Below, in pieces: positions 33,934 through 46,156 of a DNA stretch of 64,000 nt. The position numbers were made by a program, and so were the translations under genes. The DNA comes from Podarcis erhardii (lineage: Eukaryota): the NCBI GenBank assembly GCA_964252035.1, contig OZ176207.1, one strand, 5' to 3'. Position 1 is the stretch's first letter. Each line of letters starts with the position of its first letter. The notes beneath the pieces were generated by a model. It had not been told where the DNA came from and made no database searches. It saw nothing but the letters and a program-made list of their open reading frames with translations.

Positions 33934-36740
33934 AAGGATTTATTTTCTATAGCTCTGCAGCTTTCCCAGTTCAATAGTTATTTTAATAGTAAAATACAGG
34001 TATCGGCAGATGTTTTTCCATTGCTTTGTTAAGATGGCTATTTTGAAGGTAAAACTAGGGGTGAGAAGCAATAGCACACTATGGAAGGCTCATCCTTCTG
34101 AGCTATTCCTGATTTGGGGGGAGAGAGGGGAAATACTTGGATCATGCCTGTTTTAATCTAAGATGAGCAGGAGGAGAGCTATCTCATATCTTCAATAGCT
34201 CCTCTGTCTCTTACCTCAGCACAATACTGAATTCCAGTGGGAAAATGACATTCCTTGCTCTTGCCTTTCATTAGTTAGTTTGAGGCAGGAAATATTTTTT
34301 TAAACAGGTTTGTCTCACATGTGAATCATGTTTTTGGGGCAGACCTTTGAGTGACCTTGGGTACTAATGACGGCTACTTTAGGCAGTACTCAATTACGGT
34401 GGTTGTGGGTAGCCAACAGGATGCTAAACCTAAGAAATGGTCTTGTAGGGTTTGTTATGCATATACCTACCCATGCATATACTTACATTCTGCTTTCTTT
34501 TTATTTTTCATTCCCATTAAAGAGAAAGTACCAATTTCCCAGAAGAAATGGAACATTAGCTTCTTATTTAATAACAGCTGAAAGATATCTTTTTTTTCTT
34601 AATGTTGGGACATTTTCTCTGGAAGACATGTTTGCAGTACAAAATGATTCCACTCTACCTCTTACGGCACCATTAACAATTTACTGTCATTTCTTTAACA
34701 TACTGTTAATGTTGAACTCGGTATAATCTCTAGTACTCTTTTATATGCTGTCTGCTGGCGACTGTAGCAGACCTTATGGCTCCAACACCTATTTTCCCTA
34801 AGAAAAACTCACAGCTACTTTAACCAAGCCAAAGTAAAACACAGTTATGAAATATGACTTTTGTCAAATAAAGTACCGTATACTAACTAGTATCCATATG
34901 GATCCCAGAGTGAACAAGAGAGAGAGAAGTGTTTTATTTGTCATAGTGTTAATCAACATTAATTTGCTATACTTTGGCCGTTATTCCAATTAAGCTTCTG
35001 TAATGCTAAAACATTACTGCTACTATTATGTTCTAGATTAGAATCTCAAGTAATTATTATGTTTTACTTTAAGCCTACCCTTAAAGACAATAGATAATTA
35101 AATTTAACAGCACATGAGAATTGAAAAGCACGAGTTTGGTTTCATTTTCATTCAACTTCTTGTTTCTAATATTTCAGGTATTTTTGTAATCATATTGTCT
35201 TCAAATGCATTTCTGCTCATGCAGAAGCTTGTATTATTTTGAAATGACAGACCCGGCAGCCTGTAGAGAAAGTACCTCTCTGGCTGCATTTGGCTCATTT
35301 GTTGTCCATTCCTGGTGCTTGTTTAAAGGTGTTTGAGAGCTGATTTAAAAGCTGTTAAGCATCAGCCTAGTGATGGGTGAACTCTCCTCCGCTTGATTAG
35401 GTATTGATTTGGTCTTTATAAGTTTTTTTGGTTAGCATTCAGAAATGGATTGTAGTTCTTTCTCAGTTTGTAACGTTGGCTCATACATACGGAATTGCAC
35501 ACAGGCACATTATTGTATTGTTCCCTTGGTTTCATTTGCCTTGCACTCATCCCACTCATTTGCCATAGCAGGGAGCTACCTGGAAGCTCAGCCACCCTAC
35601 CTCCAGACAAATACACTTCCAAAATAAAGAGTGCTTTAGAGATGGCTGGGTACCAACACACACACACACACTGCAAGAAACAAACAAAAGAAATGACCCC
35701 AATCTTATTTAAAGCATTTGTATCCTGCTCTTCAGTTTTAAAAAAGTTCCCAGAGGAGCTTACAAAGATTAATAATAAGACAGCAGAGAAAATAGTCATC
35801 AAATAAAAGACTGCTTGGTTAATTGGTCTGGGTCATGAGTTTTATTGAAAGTTATGTGTTAGCTAATGTTACAAATGTCAATACACACTACCCAAAAAGC
35901 ATGTGGCTTTGAGGGTCCTAGCCTATAGAATGCTGACTGTTCATGCATTCTGAGTTAGAGAAGAGCTTCTTGGAGAAATGGCACTTGACTATACAGTATA
36001 GGTAAGCATTACAAGCTCAATGATTTTTCTTGTAGCATATTTTGTAATTTGTTATTTCACCTTTGTTTTGGAATGCTCTGAAAGCAGACCATCATATTCA
36101 TCTGCATGCTATTAAAGTGATTTCCACAACATTTTACTTTTGTTTTAGACTTTCCACTGTGTATCATGAATGTGCCAGTCACTTCGTAATAGGTTTAACA
36201 GCTTGTATGCATGGTTTGTAATGAACATTGTTTCCCGCCACCACTCAAAAAATGATTGCCTGAACTGCAGCTACTACTACTGCTAAACTACTTTTTTCAT
36301 AGTTAGCAACTATGTATGATGTGACTATACTGGCAATTTGAATAATTGGCTCTGTGTATGTGGGGACATCCATCACTTTCACCGATCCTTCAACAGTTAA
36401 ATCCCTATGAATTCATTCGTGAACTGTGGTTTCCTGCCACGTAGTGTGTCCTTCTCCACCAGAGGCATAATCCATAAATTGGCTGAAAGCACTGAAAGTC
36501 TTGGTTGGTGCTGAGCAAAGCCTCCATCCTAATAGAGTTACTAGTAGTTGGTTATAAATGTGAACATGACAAGCAACTTATGATCTGATGAATGAGCTGA
36601 CCTTAGATCACTGATGGTCTGGTTTTCTGGGAATGGAAGTTGAATAAAATAGGCTTCTTGGATACAGTTGGTGGTGCCATCAATCAACCACTTTCCCTAA
36701 ACAACTCTTGATAGTGAGAACAGTGTTAGATCATATTCGT

Positions 36741-36919
36741 GGGGGAAGAGACATAGCTTAGTGATAGCATACATGCTTTGCATACAATCTCTGGTATCTT
36801 TAGGTAGAGCTCAGGAAGATTCATGTGTGGACAGCTGCTACCAGGCTGTATAGACCAGGGTTAGAGATGAAAAAAAATCCCCTAAGCTAGATGGACCAGT
36901 GGTCTGACTCTTATTTAAG
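36741..36919 (+). mobile_element. Squam2-like SINE, degenerate
   Basis: GGGAAGAGACATAGCTTAGTG..ATGCTTTGCATAC..GCTAGATGGACCAGTGGTCTGACTC. Confidence 0.6.
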
Positions 36920-37226
36920 ATACTAAACTGCAAGAAATGGGGGATAGTGGTAGAATTGTATTATCACGCGGCTGAAAATATCCTTATTATTATTATTTAT
37001 TAAATACTACCCTGGTGCAGATGGCTTTTAAGCATCACTGGCAGACCGGAGTGGAGTCATCCGGCTCACAGTCTGTCAGGGATGCTTCCACACACTAGTG
37101 GGCCTCTGTTTGGCCCATTTAAATTTTGCAGTCTGGGCGGAAGTCCTGCCCGTTGAAATCCTGTCTGCCAGAGATGGTGGCTGACCAGTGAGGGACCATA
37201 ACTGCCTACCAACCAGAAATGGGTAA

Positions 37227-37589
37227 AAGGAAAAGGGACTCCTGACCGTTAGGTCCTGTCGCGGACAACTCTGGAGTTCCGCACTCATCTTGCTTTACTG
37301 GCCGAGGGAGCCGGCGTTTGTCTGCAGACAGTTTTTCTGGGTCATGTGGCCAGCATGACTAAGCCGCTTCTGGCGAAACGAGAGCAGCGCTCGGAAATGC
37401 CATTTACCTTCTGCTGGAGCGGTACCTATTTATTTACTTGCACTTTGACGTGCTTTCGAACTGCTAGGTTGGTAGGAGCAGGGACCAAACAACGGGAGCT
37501 CACCCCGTTGCGGGGATTCGAACTGCCAACCTTCTGATCGGCAAGCCCTAAGCTCTGTGGTTTAGACCACAGCACCACCCGCGTCCCTT
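37227..37589 (-). mobile_element. Sauria SINE, full length
   Basis: Reverse-complement head GGGACGCGGGTGGTGCTGTGGTCTAAACC..GTTCGAATCCCCGC; perfect 12-bp TSD AGAAATGGGTAA at 37215-37226 and 37590-37601. Confidence 0.95.
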
Positions 37590-38391
37590 AGAAATGGGTA
37601 AGCGATCATTAAATTAATATACCGCCTTTCATCCATAGATCTCAGGTCAGTTTACAACATAAAAATACATTATCTAATATTATCTGATAATAGTTTGTTT
37701 TATCTGTTGTATCCTGGTGGATAGCTCTCCTGCCTCTCCATGTGGAGTTGGGCTGCATGGCCTTTTGGATCCCATCCAGCTTTGTGGTCTTGCTTGGACG
37801 TGCATGGGTCTGACTTAGCCAGATGCCACTCATAGGTGAAAATCATCAAGTAAACAAAGCAAACTACGGTATTTTCTATCTATGCTGCCTCTGATGAGCT
37901 TAATTGTTTGGAAAATACTGAGCTGAAAATAATACAAATGTGTTTTAAAATGTTATTTATAAAAGAAGAGGGTGAGTTGATATTAACATGATTAAAATCA
38001 GCTGTTGTTTAAAGTAATCTTCTGCATTAATCGAAAGCAAGAGGTGCTAAAATGCCTTTATGGCATGCCAGCAAGTGATAAAAACAAGAAATAGCAATCT
38101 TTATGGAAAACATTAAAGGCACAGCCTTTTAGTCTCAAAGGAAAGAGTTCATTCATGTTAAAATCAAGTTGTTCAGATACATATATCACAAAACTATTCC
38201 CTTTTCTAAAAAAGTACTTTTTACTTTAAACAGTAATAATTTCCTAATATATTGTAACTTTTTTCTAGTAGCCCTAGAATTTTGATCTGATTGGATCAGC
38301 CGGGTATGTTGTGACTGGACATCAAACTAATGAATTTCTCAATTATTTCCTCTCAACATCTCACTTATCCTTGAAAGCTGTTGTGCCGAGC

Positions 38392-38455
38392 TTGTTTATT
38401 TACTTGGATGTTACTATCCCACTGTTCTATGATGAAATCAAGCTCAAGGCAGTTC

Positions 38456-38498
<43 letters not shown>

Positions 38499-38790
38499 CT
38501 CACAACAAAATGGAAAAACAGATCTAACCACAAAATAAGCAACAGAAAAACATCATAATACAACATCTTCATAAAAACATATGAGGTAAAACATATCAGA
38601 GGCTCATCTAAAAAGAAGAAGAAGAAAGGTCTTCTGCTGATGCGCTAACGGTGGCATATTAAGCATGCAAGTAGGGAAGCAGCAGCATCCTGCACGGCTC
38701 AACTCTGGCAATGCCATCATAAACAGCAACTGACAGGTATTTGGTTTAGAGACGTCCATCAGCCAAAATGCTGTTAGGGCAAGCTTCACC
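38392..38790 (-). mobile_element. Degenerate L2-type 3' end containing an (AT)n microsatellite (38459-38491)
   Basis: TTTATTTACTT..CCCACTGTTCT..CTCAAGGCAGTTCAT tail motif followed by an A-rich 3' UTR on the reverse strand. Confidence 0.45.
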
Positions 38791-39704
38791 CAACAACATA
38801 AATAAGATGCAAAAGCTCTTTAAAAACAAAAAAGGCTATAATAAAATGGAATAAATAGCAATGTCACAGTACAACTTACAAAATATGAATCAGCTCAATC
38901 TAGAGATATGCACACCTGGACGATCTCTTGAAATAAGTGGGATTTAAGCAAAAAGCTAAAGTCCCAATAACATCATGGTGGAATTGTATCATCTTAAAAT
39001 TTTGAATTGTATCTTCTGGTCCAATTGCCCACCTCAATTTTACATTTGAGCATTCAATTTTTATTTATTTTTTTAAAAGATCTCATGTAAGAATACTCAG
39101 AGAATGGTAGTGTTTATATGTCACTAGATGCCACTGAGTGGAGAGCCTCCAACAGCTATAAATTTCCCAAAGTGCACATGCGATATACTATGCACAAACA
39201 CCATGTGTGACAATCCATGTCTCAGTTGCCTGTTGCTTTGAGCACAGCAATTTAATTTTTTTGCCTCGACAATTTGTCATAACTGAAGCATTTCTCATTC
39301 TGCTTTATCACCTGTCTTCCCTAGAGGGAAGGCTGGAGAGAGAGAAGAGATCAAAGCAAGGGCTTCCTTCAGGAAGAGGCTAGAGGCAGAGAGACAGCCG
39401 TTCTTATTCTCAACTCAGATCTAAGGTGGTTTAGCAAAAAAGATGCACCAAAATACAGTATTTCATATTTGAAAAACCCAGGATAGATACAGGATAAGTA
39501 TGGATTATGGCTAACATCATGTGTTCACTGCTTCCCAAACCAGTGGTAGGACCACACTGGATACAGAGTAAGCAAAAGTGTTTTCGCTTCTAGAGACAGT
39601 GTATGTGAAATTGTCAGTGAATTGCCAGTGACAGATAAAGCAAAGATAGACATTAGAGATAGGTATTAAGAAAGAATTTAAAACAGAAACCAAAGGGATA
39701 GATA

Positions 39705-39946
39705 CAGTGGTACCTTGGGTTAAGTATTTAATTCGTTCTGGAGGTGCATTCTTAATCTGAAACTGTTCTTAACCTGAAGCACCACTTTAGTTAATGGGGC
39801 CTCCCGCTGCTGCTGTGCCGCTGCTGCACGATTTCTGTTCTTATCGTGAAGCGAAGTTCTTAACCCGAGGTAATATTTCTGGGTTAGCGGAGTCTGTAAC
39901 CTGAATCGTATGTAACCTGTAGCGTATGTAACCCGAGGTACCACTG
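39705..39946. mobile_element. Tigger-like MITE, family A copy 2
   Basis: TIRs CAGTGGTACCTTGGGTTA / TAACCCGAGGTACCACTG; TA on both sides; two 14-bp GTAACCTGAAGCGT-type subterminal units. Confidence 0.95.
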
Positions 39947-40054
39947 TACTGGAAAATATTCTTGCTATATTGAATGGCTATTAACAAATGCAAAAGGACA
40001 TATCCAGTTTTAAGGAATGGGAAGCATGCAAAGATTGGGAGTAAAAAGGTACAT

Positions 40055-40089
40055 GAGGAGAAAGGGGACAGAGAGAGGGAGGGAGAGAA

Positions 40090-40125
<36 letters not shown>
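40055..40125. repeat. Polypurine tract ending in (GA)n, about 17 units
   Basis: Read directly. Confidence 0.9.
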
Positions 40126-40131
<6 letters not shown>

Positions 40132-41549
40132 GCTGTGAGGATATGAGTTATATAGGTAACTGAAAAGTGTCAAGGTTTAATCAAAATTAATAGTAAATCA
40201 TGACAGCAGAATTGTAAACCAGGACACGGATGACAACAAGGAAAGCCAATGGATGTATCTCAGTAGCTATCTGATACTTTGAGTAAGGACGGGAAGGTGT
40301 AGAGGAAAAGCTAAGATAACACACATACCTCTCCCCACACTGGTTAACCTTGGTAAGGAAACATGAGTCACTGAACTAAATAAAGTTGGGAGAAGATGCA
40401 CTGAAAATAACACACAACACCCTGTAATTCATCTGAGTATCCTTTCCCCTCCCCCCAAAACAAAACAAAAAACCTAACAACAACATAAAAGTCTCTTCTT
40501 TTTAAGTTGCTGCTTGCCAAAGTTTTGCTTTTCTTGCTGTAGAAAAAGAACCCTCTGTCTAGGGGGTGAAATTCCTCCCTTTCATTTGGTAAGGATGGTG
40601 CCACAGACTTCAAGGACTAATCTGCACGCAACAGCTCTGATGAGAAATGCCAAGAAACAGCCCACTTGGAACAGATGGCAATAAAGAGTTTTAAATTAAA
40701 CAAAATTAGGAACTCACAATATACACATGAAAAATTAATTTCCAGACATAAAGTTCCACAGATGAATCAGTTTAAATCTGGAAAATATTAATATTCCCAG
40801 TGCATTACAAGGCCAGCACCCCTTGAGCTGCAGCTCATCCTTCTTGTAAAGGCAATGACATGTAAAAAATAATAAGGCTTAGGAACCAAATTATGCTTGC
40901 AAAACATCACTGCTTGCAGTGCAAGAGGGTTGCTAAATAAGGTTGTAAAGTCGGGATAGATCTGGATAGATGGCCCTTTAAGAATCACACTCTTTCTGTG
41001 CAGAATACCCACATTAAACACAGATCCAGGATATTTGGAGGATCAGCCAGGGAGAACAAGCACATAGATAGGAGAGCCAACAATGTCTTCTGAGGTAGTT
41101 AGGCCCATTCAGTATCTCACAAGCTTTTTCTTTTTCTTGGACACCACTTCCCATTGTTCCATTCAGCTGCAAAAGTTCTGAGAATAGTCCCCAGATTCTA
41201 AATATTTTCTTGAACTCACTTTGCACAGTGCAATATAGCAAAGAAGGCATTTCCACAAACCATCTTGGCTGTGAGTCCTGGAACTGCTCCCTGCCTTGCA
41301 GGCCTTTCCCCACCTGGCCTGCGTATCCTCAAACCCGTTGAGGTAAAAAACCTGGGGATGCATCTTCCATGTCATATGACCCATGTGAGATCATGTCTCT
41401 GGGGGGAAAAAATCAGGGCAAGATTGCAGCTCAAGATCAATGTCAAATGGGCACTGTACTCACACAAAAAATAATAGGATGTCCCAGGTTTTCAGGACAC
41501 TTGAGGGATGTGGGCCTAGGAGGGTGGAGCCCTGAGTGACTCTAGCTAC

Positions 41550-41831
41550 AAAAAGCTGAGGCTGCTGAACAGACCTTTGGGCTTGGGGCATTGCTTATGG
41601 GGTTTTGTTGGGGGTGGGGTTGTTATTGATATTAATTTTTTGTATCTTTATTTTATATTTTATGATTTATGTGGCAGTGGTTCTGTTTGGTTGTGTACTT
41701 TTTTGATGTTTTATTTATTGTTTATGACTACTTTTATCATGTTTGTAATTATGTATTTTTCATGTTGTATGGCACCTTGAGCATGGTTTTAACTTTGGAA
41801 AGGTGGCACACAAATAAGATGATTGATTGAT
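41550..41831 (+). mobile_element. L2-type 3' UTR
   Basis: GCTGCTGAACAGACCTTTGG, then a T-rich UTR and GGCACCTTGAGCATGG..GAAAGGTGGCACACAAAT tail. Confidence 0.5.
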
Positions 41832-43350
41832 ATGCAGGATGAAACCCATATGTAGTTTAGCATGTCTGCCAGTCCCATGTCTGGAGTTGTGGTGATATTT
41901 CCAGTCACTGTACGTATGCCGAGAAAGCTGTGGCCGGTGATCACTTCTCAGAGGATGTATCCCCCAAAGAAAAAGCCCATGTATGCAGTCGTCATTATAA
42001 GATTCTGAACATGTGTGATGCACATTTTTGGCTATATGCAAGTGCCCTCTCTGTAGGGATTTTAAAAAAACATGTTTAAGCAGCACCTGAGGATTATATT
42101 TTTTTTAAGTGAGGATAAGCAACTGCTCTCATTTTGCATCTTTCTTGTTGGAGTTAAATGGATTGAGAAGATTTAACTATTTTATAGGCTGACCCACAAA
42201 ATGCTTAAATTATACTCAGTTCAAATAAGTGATTTCTTCTGGATATAGGAATCTCTGAATTTCCCACAGTAGACTGGCTGCTCAGTTCCTTTGTTGTTTA
42301 CCCATAACTTTTCCCCCAGTATCCCAAATCACAATATTCTTCTCCATTTTTAATGTACTATTAAATGTCAATATTAAGAGCTGGAATAACTTGCACAACA
42401 TACTCTGTTGTTTCCTACAACACACGAATTTCCTCCATTTGTCATAAATTAATACCCTTTTGAAAAATATAATCTCCTCTAAGCATTTTCTTATGAGCTT
42501 TTACAGAAATAAATTTCCCGCTCACTATGGTTTGCAATATTTCCCAGTTCCCAGTGCATATTGTGACTCACATTCTCAGTTATGTTAGATCTCAATAACA
42601 TAACTTCATAATCGCTCTCAGCCACAACATGCCTGTCTCCCAATAATATAAGTTCCTCTCTCCAGATACTAGATTTATATTTATTCCCTAATGCAGGAAC
42701 CACTCCCACAGAGGCATGATCAGAAGGAAATCATTAGCCATGCACAAGTCTCTTTCTCTATTGCAGCAAAAAGTAATCTATTCTAGCCTAGTAATTTTGT
42801 AAATATAAATAAAATATGCAAAACTTCTCCATAGGTTGCAACATTCACCAAATTTCTATTAATCCCTCCACCTCTAAATTCATCTGAAGGAATGTTTGTT
42901 TCTAACTTGACTTTGGACCTACCAAAGGTTTATTTATTTCTATAACAGCATTGAAATTATAGCTGCTAACTGAGGTAGCTTAGAAGGGAATTACTGAAAT
43001 TCATAGAAGATAGGTATATCAGTAGCTATTAAACATGATGACTAATAGTGCAATTCTAAGGCTTAGTAGTAGCCTGCAAGAAAGCCATGAAATGGGGTGT
43101 TTGAGGCTAGCGACCTGCTGGATCCAAAGTGTGGATTCTCTTAAGAGACCCAATCCTTGGAGCTGTTGGAACAAAAAAAGCTCCCCCCCGCCCCCATTTC
43201 CTCCCTTGGCAACACAAGCCCTGGGGCTTGGGAGGCAGTTCTGGTTCTGTAGTTCTATTCTGCCCCATGGTTCCCCAGCTGGTATTTAGGATTATTATGC
43301 CTGTGAAATTTCCATGCCCTATAGCATGCAGAATATTAGTTGTCAGTGGA

Positions 43351-43568
43351 CAGGCGCGCCAACTCTAGGGGGCCGAGGTGTCTTTGGGCCCCTCAATATT
43401 TGTTCGAAAGGGGTCTGGCCCCCTCAGTGTTGAGGGGGCCTGGCATGTGCTGTTACGTGCATTGCACGTTGCACATCGCAGCTTCAGCGGCTGGCTCCTC
43501 CAGACAATGTGTCCCGCGTGCAATGTGCGCTGAGCCCTCTCAATCTTGGGCGCAACCTGGCGCCTCGG
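43351..43568. mobile_element. GC-rich hAT-like MITE
   Basis: Ends CAGGCGCGCCAACT / ACCTGGCGCCTCGG (imperfect TIRs); 8-bp flanks TCAGTGGA / CCAGTGGT (6/8 match). Confidence 0.6.
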
Positions 43569-44477
43569 CCAGTGGTTGTGGGAGAAACAGCAGGTGGGGG
43601 TTGGTTCTTATTATATTCTCCATCTAGTGCCATCACTTATGTCCGATAATGTCAAACTAAATATTGCCCTTCTTTGAAATGGCCTAGTGTCTTACATAAA
43701 GGACAAATATCTTTTGGAGGATTAACATTAGGAAAAAGTCCAAAGAAAAATCAATAAGGTTATACAACTGAAGCTCTGTAGCAACACTTCAAAGGCTAAG
43801 GCCAATAAGCTCCTGGCCACCAACTAATTCATGTTATTTTCTGACAAGAAGGTACAATTCTTAATAATTATGAAAACACATGAAGAGAGAGGAAGGCAGG
43901 GAGAGAGGTCGGGGGGGGGGGAGAGAGAAATTCTGTGAGTATTTTATGACAACCTCCCAAAACCTCAGACGCAACACAGACGCCTATTAATTTATTCCTT
44001 TGCGTGGCCTGAGAGTGCTGACCTCCTATCTAATCCTGCCCTTCAGGGTTCTTCATTTCCAGCACTGCTCAACCCAGTCAGGCCTGTTTAACAATTCCTT
44101 TTCTGAATTAGGCTCTTTGAAGAGGCCCACTTTCTGTTCAGTGACATGAAAGAGATACTGATGCTGATTATCAAAGGCATGTGCTCTAAACCACCAAGCG
44201 TCTAATGCCCTGGGGAGGTAATATTATCTCTGCCTTTGGATTTTACATCCTCCCATTGCAAAGAAATTGGTTGTTAACTTGTAGCTCTTCTCTGTAACCC
44301 CTTTCTCTCCCCTCCTTCTTCAAACCTCTTTCCTTGCTAATTTTTCATGAGATATTAATCTGAAAGTAGATGAATTAATCGTTTAAGCAGGTAGGTCACA
44401 CTAAGGCAGCATGTTATTTTTAATTCAATGCGCTAGGACTTTGAGATGAGTTGTACCAGAGTGCTTATGAGTGTTAA

Positions 44478-45625
44478 ATCATAGAAACACAGAATTGTAG
44501 AGTTGGAAGGGACCCTGAGGGTCATCTAGTCAAACCTCTTTCCATGCAGGAATCTCAACTAAAGCTTATATAACAGATGGCCATCCAAACTCTGCTTAAA
44601 AACCTCCAAGGAAGGAGATTCTACCACCTCCTCAAGGAGACTGTTCCACTTTTGTACATCTCTTACTGTCAAAAGTTGTTCCAGATGTTTGGTTGGAATC
44701 TCTTTTCTTGGAACTTGAAGCCATTGGTTCGAGTCCTAGTCTCTGGAGCAGGAGAAAACAAGCTGGCTCCATCTTCCATGTGACAGCCCTTGAGATATTT
44801 GGAGATGACTACCATGTCTCCTCTCCATTTCCTCTTTTCCAGGCTAAACATACCCAGCTCCCTCAACTGTTCTTCATAAGGCTTGGTTTCCGGACCCTTG
44901 ATCATCATGGTCAACCTCCTCTGCATACATTCCAACTTGTCAATTTCCTTCTTAAATTGTGGTGCCCATAAATGGGCACTGTACTCCAGGCATAATCTGA
45001 CCAAGACAGAATAGAGTGGTACTATGACGTCCCTTGATCGATACTTCTCTTGGTCCATCCTAGAATAACATTGTTTTGCTTTTTTAAGTTATTGACTGCT
45101 GAATCACATTGTTGACTCATGTTAAACTTGTGATCTAATAAGGCCATTAATCCTTTTAACATGTACAGCTAGCAAGCTGGGTGCCCCCTATCTTATATTT
45201 GTGAAGCTGGTTCCTCCTGCCTAAGTGTAGAACATTACATTTGTCTTTGTTGAAATTCATATTGTTAGTTTTTGCCCAGTTCTTCAATCTATTATGGTGA
45301 TCTTGAATCCCAATTCTGTATTCTGTGGCATTGGCTACCCCTCCCAGTTTGCTGCCGTTTGCAAATTTGATGAGCATCCCTTTAATCCATTCATCCAAGT
45401 CATTTATAAAGATGTTAAACAACAGCAGGCCCAGGACCGACCCCACTTGTCACTTTTTCTAGGATAATGAGGAGCCATCAGTGAGCATTCCTTGGGTTTG
45501 GTCATAGTTACCACATCCAGCCCACATTTTACTAGTTTCTCCAACAAGAATATCATGGGGGACTTTGTCAAAAGCTTTACTGAAATCAAGATACACTATA
45601 TAGACCGCCATTAAACCAGCAGATT
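44478..45625 (-). mobile_element. CR1 LINE, 5'-truncated, frameshifted ORF2 (reverse transcriptase)
   Basis: Minus frames give VYLDFSKAFDKVPH, GSVLGLLLFNIFINDLD..KFANGSKLGG (FADD motif decayed), FNKDKCNVLHLG and VPLYSVLVRLCLEY..WAPQFKKEIDKLECMQRR; the 3' tail is TCCCTTCCAACTCTACAATTCTGTGTTTCTATGAT. Confidence 0.95.
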
Positions 45626-46049
45626 CCACACCTATATAAACAACTGGAATGATAGTAGGCATTATGAGCTTGTCTTGTGAGAAGAGGATGAAATATCTGA
45701 GCCACTATTACTTATGAGCAAGGGTGCAAAAGGGGATGTACTTTTGGAAAAGCAAATTCTGTAAGTAGGTATGAAGAAGAGTAAGTAACTTGGGCCATGG
45801 GGAGTGGGAGGCAATAAAGTATAAAAGGTACATTGAAGCAGTGAGATGAGGGCAGTAGTATATTGAGGTACATTGAGGGAGTGTGGTAAGGGAGGCAATA
45901 AGGTATAAAAGGGACACTGAGTCATGAAGAAGTTTAGATTTTCACCAGTGTTTAGATAATTAAGTTATTCTACTTAAGCCAATCAGATTGTTCCAAATAA
46001 GCTATTCTGATAAAACTGCTCAGGCGTGAGGTGGTTTTATAATATTTTA

Positions 46050-46156
46050 TTGATTGATTTTACTGTATTGTTTTGTATTGTTTTTATTTCAATATGACCC
46101 CTGCTCCTCGAGATCACTTGTAATAAAGGGCAGGATAGAAACCAAATAAATAAATA
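46050..46156 (+). mobile_element. L2-type 3' tail
   Basis: T-rich UTR then ACCCCTGCTCCTCGAGATCACTTGTAATAAAGGGCAGGATAGAAACCAAATAAATAAA. Confidence 0.45.

Noticed and set aside
39119-39138. CTCF-like TCACTAGATGCCAC
   Set aside because: Mismatches at two high-information core positions.
39720-39944. ORFs over MITEs and SINEs (also 10843-11055, 22201-22413, 33562-33747, 37346-37537)
   Set aside because: They lie within non-autonomous elements and have no transposase or RT similarity.
40698-40721. Hammerhead-like CTGATGAG..GAAAC (also 37891)
   Set aside because: No stem II can form between the two core halves and there is no Penelope context.
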